Of a DNA stretch of 64,000 bases, positions 26,144-36,375 are shown piece after piece; positions within the stretch are counted from its first letter, which is position 1, and the number at the start of each line of letters is the position of its first letter. The notes under the pieces were generated by a model. The model was not told the origin of the DNA, did not search any database, and worked only from the letters and a program-made list of their open reading frames with translations. Both the position numbers and the translations under genes were made by a program. Origin of the DNA: Eledone cirrhosa (lineage: Eukaryota); assembly GCA_964016885.1 (NCBI GenBank), contig OZ024745.1:66340001-66404000 (forward strand), written 5' to 3'.

Positions 26144-28933
26144 AATAATGATGTTATTTTTAGCCTCAGATCGATCCCTGTTTTGTCATTCAGACAAAAT
26201 AGCATGTCTGAGATGACATCATCCAATATATCCTTATTTTTTGTCAACCGTAGCATGCGTTGTGAAAGATATTTGGCTTCTATTTCCAGCAGACCATGGA
26301 GCAGATTCCTTGTTATGTGACATACTTTTCTTCTCTGTGAGTACTTAGCTAATATTTCTTTAGCTTCGAGTGCTTTGATCAACAAATTATTGTTCTGAAC
26401 TACCACAAAAATATACTTTAAAAAATCATTCATTTATATTAAATATATTAGAAAAAATTCCCTTCATACTTTCACAGAAATATCAATCAGAGAACACCAT
26501 TATAAAAGCTACCAATATGATTAGTTTGTACCAAAGAATTGCTGAAATGTTCTGCATGGAAATTATTTTAGTTTATATTAAAAGTAAATAAGATGAAGCA
26601 CTAGCTCTATACAGAGAGAATGAAAGAAACAGTGAGAGAGAATGAGAGGCTGGGGAAAGGAATACCTTTAGGATTTACTTCTACCTGATGAAATACTTTT
26701 GCTTGGCATTGGAATATCGGAAGAATGTTCGTTTCAATCCATCTGGCAAATGAGGTGTTTATTTTATATTCTATATTTTTTATTTGTTTCATTGTATTCA
26801 TTTTGGATTCTGAATAAATGTAATTAAAATGTCTGGTTGTCTTAGTTTCAAAGCAATAATATCAATACTAAGATGATGATATGACAGCAATATTGTGTAG
26901 TCTTTTATATGTCTAACTTAGAAATCACTATATATCATGGATATGTGTTATGTTGATTCTCATTTTATTATTCATTTTCATTATTTTCTGCAATTTAATT
27001 TTATTGAAAGTATTCTATGTAGTGCACATAGTGTATAGTGGAGAGGATGATGTGTAGTCATTCATATTGCTAGAAATAACAGGCAACTCTCCCTCAATTA
27101 CATGCTTCTATTTTTAAAATGTAGGTTGCATTGGCTAAAGTTGTCCTAGATACACCATGCTTGAAAGAAAGAATGTATCATGCCTGGAAAGATTTTGGCC
27201 ATGGTCGAGTCATGGTGGAGTCAACAATTTGGTGTTGAAGAAATGGCGGAAAATAGAGTTTGGCAAATATGTGGAGGAGTGGGAGAGGTGAAAATGAATC
27301 AGCCAACTGCTTAACAAAAAGAGCAATTATCAATGTGGTGTGGTAAATAAATACATATACACCAGGTCCAAACACAATGGAACAAAAACTCTCACTGTCA
27401 CTGCCTCCGTCCCTCCCATTTTCCCCAGCTCTCACTATTATAGGCAAATGGAGGCCCCATGCACTGGTCATTCCGCAGCCCCGGTGGACAGAATATAGAA
27501 GGCATTTCCCCATCTTGTGAGGCTCACTCCTATGGGTAGCCAACTCTGTGCAGGTGGTGGTGAATAGTAAGGTGGTCCTAGGGCCAAGGATGCCAGATCT
27601 CCATAATCCCATAGTTTAAAAAGAAATATTCACAAAAGTTTTAAACATTTACATAGTTTAAACAGAAAGATTTACTAAAGAACTGATTTCATGAGAACCA
27701 GCTTTAATTTAAATAATGTTCCTATATATCATACATATATCATAAATTAGTTGTATTTAAATGCCATATGTTAGCATTCATCCAAAAGTATTCTCTTTAA
27801 TAATGAGAATTTATACAATATAAATGAAGTCAAGCAAATAATTTACAACTAAATATATGGCTGAATTCATAAATATTGACCACAAGTAATTATAGTCATT
27901 AACTAACCTTATATCCTATTGCATTGCTATTTGAATTAACAATACAAATGTGGTTTTATAACTATAATTCTCTCTTAAACAGATGGTCATCTATTAAATT
28001 TGTAAATGCACATTAAAATGTGCAGTTACAATTTCAATTTCAGAAGAGAGAAATATGTGCAAACTTAGTGAAATGCCAACACAGAAAAGTTACTGACCTT
28101 TCAGATCAGCTCAAGGCTGCATCTTGCTTACATATTTCCGGCTCTCTCTCCTCCTCCCTCTACCAAGTGCATTTACATGGCACCAGTTCTAGGGAAGTTA
28201 TGATCCCTCATACAAAACTAAGGAGTCTTCACTCTTTGGAAAGTTTTCTCTGGCTGGAGACCCTTCCTATGACTTAGCACTTTACAGGGTGTACTGCGTG
28301 CATTTTATATCAACAATACAAGAGAGGTTGTCATGTCATTAATGCAACTAAGTCCCCTTGACCCTCTCAGTTCTATGATTAGTTGTCTTTCCTATCACAA
28401 ACCCCTATGCAAGGTGTACCTGGAGCATATTTTCTGGCAACAACTCTAAATCATGTTTGTAGTTTTTTCTCAAAACGTTTGGCATGGGTCCTATGGCTGG
28501 GAAATGTTAACACCAATTAATTTACTAGATAATGGTGAGGATCGTTACTATGATGTGGATGTCATGTGGATGGGCGAGACCTCAATTTTATGCTGACAGT
28601 TCGGTCATGTCCAGTACAGGATGTCAATCATTGTGATACTTTGTAATCACTATCATGAGTTTCTTAAGAACATTCTTCACTATTTCGTGCCATATATTCA
28701 TAAGTCTACCTCTTCCATATATCCATATTTTACGCTATACATTAAATAGAGTTCCTACCTACTGCTTCTCTGAATAGACAAGACTCCTTTCTTTTTTCCT
28801 ACTTTGGTCCTTGCTAAGTTTACTCTAAGGACTTTTGATTTTCCATAACAGAAATTTTATATACATATATATTAAACTTTTAATCTGAGCTAATAATAAA
28901 TATTTGCTCTATGGGTTTATTTATACTTATGTG

Positions 28934-28966
<33 letters not shown>

Positions 28967-28979
28967 ATATATATATATA

Positions 28980-29346
28980 CAAGGACAATCCCAAAAGTAA
29001 GGTCTCCTTCCGATATTGCAACTTTTCCGTTAAAATCCTGTGGATGGTGCTTCGGGAAACCTCAGCAACCAAAATGCAGAGAGCATCCAGAGTGATCCGC
29101 CAATCTTTGCGCATGTTTTCTTTGGAAGGAGACCTTACTTTTGGGATTGCCCTCGTATAATAACTGCGCGACATTCGTACTTGGCGGTAGCGTTCAACGG
29201 GAGCTCCATTCTCAACGGCTGTGAAGCACGCGCATGCTTGTTTGGGAATGAAGGAAGCACCAATCACAACAGTGTTTCCAACAGCCGTACGAACAGTTTC
29301 TCTGCGTCCTATCGCTTTGGAGACCTTACTTTTGGGATTACCCTCG
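28980..29346 (-). mobile_element. Tc1/mariner-derived compound element (three 28-bp TIRs, transposase fragments)
   Basis: TA|CAAGGACAATCCCAAAAGTAAGGTCTCC at 28980-29007; inverted copies at 29128-29155 (followed by TA) and 29319-29346; minus-strand peptides MELPLNATAKYECRAVI (ATG 29209) and RITLDAL...VSRSTIHRILTEKLQYRK (mariner HTH). Confidence 0.85.
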
Positions 29347-29611
29347 TGTATACAACCCTTAACAAGTCCTCACTGAATTTTGGTCTTTGCATTCATTATT
29401 ACTATAATTTTATATATTTATATACTCTCTCATATATATATATATATGCATATCTAAGTATGCACACGTACACAAACACATATATATATATATATACACA
29501 CAGATTTATGTATCAGCTGTACTAGGGCGAGAAATAAAATTCTAATTTTTATATATAATATTTTATGTCAATGATATTAATAAATGAAAACTATCTTTAT
29601 AAAACCATATT

Positions 29612-29672
29612 TATTTTATTATATATATTTCAAGGATACCACCATTTTGGTACACTCTCATCAGATATAATA
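29612..29672 (-). ncRNA. Candidate minimal type I hammerhead ribozyme
   Basis: Minus strand: stem I tattatat, CTGATGA, stem II gagtgtacc..ggtatcctt, GAAA, T-atat-ATA cleavage triplet, stem I' ataaaata (7/8 pairs). Confidence 0.5.
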
Positions 29673-30664
29673 CAAAAGTTGTTTTATAAATAGTGACATA
29701 TCCAAAAAACAAGAACTTATCATTTTAAGAATACTGTAGAGTGCTTCGAATCTTTTATAATTAAATTTGTTGAATAACCAACAAATTAAATAACTCTTCG
29801 CTTATAATATTTTATATATATAGCTGTGTGTGTATATAAATATTCTTTGCCTGCTAAAATTGTTTATTATATAAGATAATTTAATTTTCTAAAATGTGAC
29901 CTTTATTATTATATGATATATTCATATCACTTATGTTGTTATAATGTGTTAAAGAATGATGTCTTACGATGCCAAATGTTTAATTTAATATCATACTAAA
30001 ATTTGGCTTCTTCCCACAAAATTTAACTACTATCTTCCAATGAGAACTGAAAATAGTTGATGTAGACATTTTATTATCTGCATAAACCTTTCCTGTGAGA
30101 AATTAATATCAGAATTATATAATATGTTCCTTTTTATTTATTAGAATTTATTTTTAATAACCTTTAACAAACAATATAAAACTTTTACATGGGGAAATAT
30201 TTCAGTATCTAGTTAAATGCCTGAAACACTGAGAACTAGAAATTATTTTTCTATGTCATCACAACTCTACATTTTATGTTGATTTTATTAGACTGTAGCA
30301 GACTATTTATTTTCCAGTCTCCTGTTCTTATTTATTAATATGATTACAAATATTATTACATTAAAGTCATATGTCAACTAATCCATTCAATCAGTTCTTA
30401 AGCTTATTTGACCTACAAACATTCTGGTATTAATAAATAGCTTATTAATGGCATCATCTCACAGCATACCAAAGCTATTACAGTTTCTTTTTTATCTACT
30501 TCTTATATAAAGAATCTATTTCTTTATATCAATCTGTCTTTCGATAGTCCCCATAGCTCTTCTGTTTTTCTATGAGAAGTTGTTCACTTCTTGACAATTT
30601 CTGGAGAAAAGTAACCAATTCTTAGACAGAGAAAAAGGAGGAGAGATAATAATAATAATTATTA

Positions 30665-30845
30665 TAATTGTTTCTACTTTTGGCACAAGGCCAGCAATTA
30701 CCCAGTTCATTACTGGTACTTTATTTTATCGACCCCGTAAGGATGAAAAGCAAAGTTAACCTCGGCGGGATTTGAACTCAGAATGGCAAGGGCCGTAACT
30801 CTATGCGTCAAAGCATGGCATCCGACCCTCTACCGATACTGCCTT
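30665..30845 (-). mobile_element. SINE family B
   Basis: Same core and tail; tail abuts an (AAT)n-like tract at 30647-30668. Confidence 0.87.
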
Positions 30846-31065
30846 CTGTGTTCTTATGTCTGTGTGTATATATATAAAATTGATGTTGTCTGTGTGTCCT
30901 CATTTTTGCACAAAGTCTATACAAATCCACATTTCTACTCTGATTGACTTCAAACTTGCATTTATATATTCCTTGTGGTCTAAAGATATTAACTGCCGCT
31001 TTTTTCTTCAATTTTCTATTGTTAAGGGGTGTTAGGCGCCAGTTATCCATATCCGTCGCGCTCTT

Positions 31066-31252
31066 ATAATTGTTTCTACTTTAGGCACAAGGCCAGCAAT
31101 CACCCAGTGCATTACTGGTACTTTATTTTATCGACCCCGTAAGGATGAAAGGCAAAGTCAACCCCGGCGGGATTTGAACTCATATCATAAAGGGACGTAA
31201 CTATGCTGGAAAGCATGGCGTCCGACCCTCTACCGATACTCCCACTCCACCG
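31066..31252 (-). mobile_element. SINE family B nested in Helitron fragment
   Basis: Full head, core and tail; Helitron homology continues on both sides. Confidence 0.87.
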
Positions 31253-31316
31253 CATCTGTCTATATGTCTAGCTGTCTGCATAGCGTCATTCTGACGTATT
31301 ATCTTCGTTACATTCA

Positions 31317-31581
31317 CACACACACACGCATATATATATATATATATATACATATATACACATATATACATATATATATACATATATACTTATATATATA
31401 TATATATATACATATATACTTATATATACATATATATATACATATATACTTATATATACATATATATATACATATACACTTATATATATACATATATATA
31501 CATATACACACACATATACATATATATACATACACACACACATATATACACACACACACATACACACACACACACACACAT

Positions 31582-31622
<41 letters not shown>

Positions 31623-31853
31623 CAGACACATATACACATATATAGATATACACATAAAAATATATGTATATATATACACACACACGTTTATATATATATA
31701 TATATGCATACACACACACATATATATACATATATATGCATACATACACACACATATATATATATGCATACATACACACACACACATATATATGCATACA
31801 TACACACACATATATATATGCATACATACACACACATATATATATGCATACAT

Positions 31854-31889
<36 letters not shown>

Positions 31890-31913
31890 CTGTGTATATA
31901 TATATATACACAC
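31317..31913. repeat. Compound (TA)n/(CA)n microsatellite with higher-order units
   Basis: ~600 bp TA/CA mosaic; source of the IYIY/HTHT ORFs. Confidence 0.97.
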
Positions 31914-32489
31914 AGATAAATTGTAAGTCGCTTTAACCCGTCTTTTATTATTCAAAAAACTTCTTGCCAATAAACATTAACCCTTTGTGCGCCATTCATC
32001 TAACTGTAGACCAACAAATACCAAGTAAACGGAGCGTTGACAAGAACGATGGCGAATGAATCTTCGAGGTAAGCAGTTTCCTCGCGAGCTGTTAGTTCAC
32101 GCGGGATTCTCTGCTCACCTTTTCGTAATAATACCGAACAACGTACTGCTGGTCACTCCTTCCTCCAAAAGCCGTACAAAGCATCTCTCTCTCTCTCTCT
32201 CTCTCTTCATATATATATATCTATATATGTCATTAAACGAAGCTCACATATGGTTATTTTTTCATATCCAATTGAGTTCTAAGCACGTGGCTTGAATTCG
32301 TATCGGAATTCAACTGATCTGCGCATGTATTGTTTTTTGGCGGTAGTATCCTTCCTCCAATTTTCGGGACAGTGTGAGATTTTCTTTAAAACTGCTGGAC
32401 TAACAACCTAGCAGCTCCCTCAAGCACTGATGGTGATTATCGCTAAATATTGATGTTGATTTGGTTATCAATATTAATATTATTGGGCA

Positions 32490-32612
32490 CCCACTGAAGA
32501 ATTATAAGAGCCCACTAGTATAAGAATCTGTTGATCTTATACAAGCTTCTACATAATTTGGTATAATTTCACCCAGCTTGTAGAAATCTTATAATGAAAC
32601 AAGTCGTCTGGG
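32490..32612 (+). ncRNA. Type I hammerhead ribozyme candidate with enlarged, branched stem II
   Basis: Stem I CCCA (32490-93), CTGAAGA, stem II ATTATAAGA (32501-09) with TCTTATAAT (32587-95), GAAAC-aagtc-GTC (cut after 32608), stem I' TGGG. Confidence 0.7.
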
Positions 32613-32783
32613 AAATGATATATTTGATATATCTCATATGAAATGATACAGCCAATTCTCCACACAATACAATATAGTTAGCACCCCGAACGTTTAATTA
32701 GGAATATACTCAGATATTTCCTAATGTTTGTTGAGTGAGTTGGAATTTGACCGGAGTATCGCTATTCGCTTTCTCTGTTTATG

Positions 32784-32847
<64 letters not shown>

Positions 32848-33277
32848 GAACAGATTAAAGTTTAAGCAAAGATTGCTGCTTTCAACATTAACGGGATCTT
32901 CTGAAAATAAAAAAATTTATCTGTGAACGCAGAAGTAAATATTTCGAGTAACGTTGCAACCGAAGGAAAACAGGAAGACGATATTTTGGTTCGTGAAGAC
33001 GTTCCCTGGTAATGAACGGAAAAAAAGCAAGGATAATACGTCGTTATGTGGACCGAGAAGAACAATTTCATGCAAAGACAAGACCAAGTTTATGGTATAA
33101 ATGGAGTCGTTAGACTAATATTCTATTTAAAATAACAGAATGATTTCCAGCCCCGGAGTTTAAGAATGATGTAAATAAAATTGAAACGAAAATGACAGAA
33201 GTTATTAAAATAGTAAAAGTAAATAGTGAAGATTTAGGCCAGTACATACGTATGCCCCGACGGACATACACATACAT

Positions 33278-33278
<1 letters not shown>

Positions 33279-33357
<79 letters not shown>

Positions 33358-33367
33358 ACACACACAC
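33279..33367. repeat. (CA)n microsatellite
   Basis: Long, nearly perfect CA run. Confidence 0.97.
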
Positions 33368-33384
33368 ATGCGAACGCACGCGCG

Positions 33385-33825
33385 CACTTATGTATAAACC
33401 TTATGCATTTCTACAGTATTTTCACCAAACTTAAGACATAAGTTACTTATGTACTCCAGATGGTCATGGCACTTTCATTTCTCCAGATATTGATTATAGG
33501 GCCTCCCGGCAGATAACCCCCTTTAACCACTTCCTTGGAGTCGACTGAAGCACTGCAGTGCAATGCAACAAAACGTCATAACATCTGGTGTTCGCAACCG
33601 ATTTTCACAAAACTTGATACATGGGCTACGTTTGTCCTACAGATGAATGTGAACTCTCAGAATTGGCATATATTGAGTAGGGGACCCTTGGGAGCAGGAA
33701 CCCCCTTTTGGAAAAAGCCGATCATTTTGTAAAAGTATAGTTTTCGAAGCAGCACTGAAGTATTGACATAAATGGTATACACAACTGCTATTTAATACCC
33801 GAGCAACGCCGGGTACCTCTGCTAG
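33385..33825 (+). mobile_element. Non-autonomous Helitron 3' portion (second family)
   Basis: Canonical 3' end: hairpin ACCCG-AGCAACGC-CGGGT (33797-33814), 7 nt, CTAG|T; internal repeated ATTTTCAC(C/A)AAACTT motifs. Confidence 0.75.
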
Positions 33826-34051
33826 TAGCATATATTGTTACTTGCTTTCTCAAACTCTCAACAATATACCATCAGTTCTCCATGGTGCTGAGAAAAATTG
33901 CATCATAACAAGCCATCACCCGTACCATGTCCCTGGTTGAGACTTGGTGGAATGTACAAGAATATATAGATATCCAAGGAAATAATAATAATAATAATGA
34001 TTTCTTTATTTCTTTATTTATTCTTTTAATAATAATAATAATAATAATAAT

Positions 34052-36075
34052 GATTTCTTTATTAACCACAAGGGTTTACATAAAGTAGACATTAAGGACA
34101 ATACAGGACGGTACAAATGGGCATTTCTGCGTGTAAAAACAAAAACAGGGGATGTAACAAAAAAATAACAATGAAAAATTCCCCAATAGGGGGGAGACTT
34201 CGGAGGGAAATTTGTGGAGAAAGCCCAGTAAAAGGCCACAGTGACCCTGACCACCAAGGCAAGTGCCCTCTCCCAGTTTTCCACCTTTAATTTACAGATA
34301 CGTACTCAGAGTAGGCTGTGAGTCTCTTTGCAGTAGCCTTTACCCTTTTTTCATTTCTTTCCTCCCTTTTCGAAGGCGACGATGCGCTGCTTCTGCGTTT
34401 GTGCCTTCTTACGACCTTTTACCACCCCTCTCCCACCTCACACTCCATGTCTGATTCTGTGAGGTCGGGGAGGGGTACCAGCACCACTCTTTCACTTGTT
34501 GTTGTTGGTGATGTTTGCACTAGAGTCTCTGTTGCAGCTGCATTTGGTATTGCTGTTGTTGTTGTTAATACTTCCACTGCTGCTGCTGTTTTTGATTTCC
34601 GTGGCGTGGGTATGGGTGCCACGGACCTATCGTTCCTGGTTGCCGCTTGTGCTGTTGCTGGTAGCCGTGGAGCCGGTTTCGGAAGGAGGGGGGTTTTCTT
34701 CTTTCTCAGGGTCTTCTCGTTGCAGAAGGCCCTGAGGTGAGTCTTCGATCCACAGCGAAAGCATTTCGGGCGTTTGCCCTCAACACTTATGGGCAGTTGA
34801 GTGCCGTTATCGAAGTCTATCACATCCGGGATAGCTTCGATGCACTTCTGGTTGGTTTGGATTAACATCTCAATGGTGGTGCCGACCCAATCTTCTCTTA
34901 CTTTTTTCTGTACTGTTGTTTTGTCCTCGATTCCGACGAGGACAGACGCGGCCAGCCAAGAAGGGGCCATCCCGAAGGGGACGTGGGTCAGTTTGACCCT
35001 CACAATTTTTTGCCCGCAGTAGGAGGGCACCAATACCATTTCCTCGCTCCTTAGGGTCACTAAGGATTGAACCTTTGCCTCATGGGGTGTGGCAAAAAGT
35101 ACGTCTACGGTGGCATATTTCTTGCCTCGGGTGATGTGCGTTTCCGCTGCCACACAGACCCCAAGGCTTTTTGTATTTGAGCCTCTGTGGCTCTTTCAAC
35201 CCTACGGGATTTTGTACTTACTGTACGGTACGTGACCGTACAGTGCTGTTGGGTTTCGAAAATTTTTTCAGCTGCCTTGCAGATTGCTCGGTGTCCAGTT
35301 TTTGTCACCATCTTCTTCGCTTCCTCCAATTCCTCATTTGTTATGGGGATGGTTTCCAGGTTCTTTGCGATACCTGCAAACGAGATTGGTTTTTCTTTGT
35401 TGCTGTTGTTGTTGTTGTTGTCGTCGTCAGAGCTGGTGTTACTTTTGTTGTTGCTGCAGGTACTACGACAACTGCCGCCGCCGCTGTTGCTGTGGTTGTT
35501 GTTGTTGCTGCTGTCGTTGCTGCTAATGCTGTTGTTGTTTATGCTGCTGCTGATGCTGTTGCGGCTGCTACTGTTGTTTTCCTTGTCACTGTTGCTGCTG
35601 TTATTACGGCTGCTACTGCTATTATTCCTGACGTCAGACGAATGAAATGGGTTTTCGTATTTCCCGCACACCTTTTTCGTCGTTGTCGTCGTCGTCGTAG
35701 AGAAATCTTGCTCGCTTTGCACGTGATTTTTCTTTTCTGGCGTCGCTTACGAAAGAGAAGGGAGGGAGAGAGACAATCTTCTCTCTGCTGTAGTGGCGAT
35801 TGAGGAAGAAGAAGACGGAATGAGTGGGAGTGACCTATGAAAATTCTTTTTCGTAGCCATGTTGTTTTTTTGTTTAAAATAAATATTGGGCACAAAACCC
35901 CAATAAGCGGTTATTTAACCCCGAAGGGCCAAATAACGGGCAGAAAGACCCCTCTCACGAGGAGGAGGGTGTTTTTGTCTACAAATTGGTTAAAGTTTTA
36001 AACAATTTACAATTGTTATAGCGGTCAAAATTTACAATACCTTAGAGAGCCGAGCCTCCGTCAACCGTGGCATTC
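34052..36075 (-). mobile_element. ORF1-only Tx1-related element (5'UTR, ORF1, last ~7 codons of ORF2 and 3'UTR)
   Basis: 34052-34315 aligns to the Tx1 3' end at 36124-36398 and joins directly to ORF1; both ends bordered by (AAT)n. Confidence 0.85.
34287..35860 (-). pseudogene. Tx1-type ORF1 (gag-like, CCHC zinc knuckle) with 2 in-frame stops and 1 frameshift
   Basis: ATG 35860 is in frame with ORF 35722-35105; 1-nt shift near 35152; CFRCGSKTHLRAFC knuckle; reading through the stop at 34419 ends at TAA 34287; homologous to the ORF1 at 39845-41493. Confidence 0.8.

Positions 36076-36123
<48 letters not shown>
36076..36123. repeat. (AAT)16 spacer between two Tx1 elements
   Basis: Perfect AAT run. 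Confidence 0.97.
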
Positions 36124-36125
<2 letters not shown>

Positions 36126-36375
36126 TTTCTTTATTAAACACAAGGGTTTACATAAAGTAAACATTAAGGACACTGCAGGACAATACAGGACGGTACAAAT
36201 GGGCATTTTTGCGTGTAAAAAACAAAAACAGAGGATGTAACAAAAAAAATAACAATGAAAAATTCCCCAATAGAGAGGAGACTTCCGAGGCACATTTGTG
36301 GAGAAAGCCCATTAAAAGGCCACAGTGACCCTGACTACCAGGGCAAGTGCCCTCTCCCAGTTTTCCACCTTTAAT

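Larger units (their letters stand above)
30860..33230. mobile_element. Fragmented copies of the 9221-10351 Helitron family, interrupted by a SINE, microsatellites and a hammerhead-bearing segment
   Basis: 30860-31065 and 31960-32183 are reverse complements of ~10160-10340 and ~9660-9890; 32843-33020 matches ~9925-10110 in direct orientation. Confidence 0.75.

Noticed and set aside
27178-27612. 144-aa ORF in a GC-richer patch
   Set aside because: No recognisable motifs or splice structure; probably an old TE remnant that cannot be assigned.
31201-31970. Long ORFs up to 220 aa (IYIY/HTHT/CVCV)
   Set aside because: Artefacts of stop-free dinucleotide repeats; the same applies to 292-602, 16445-16930 and 33110-33434.
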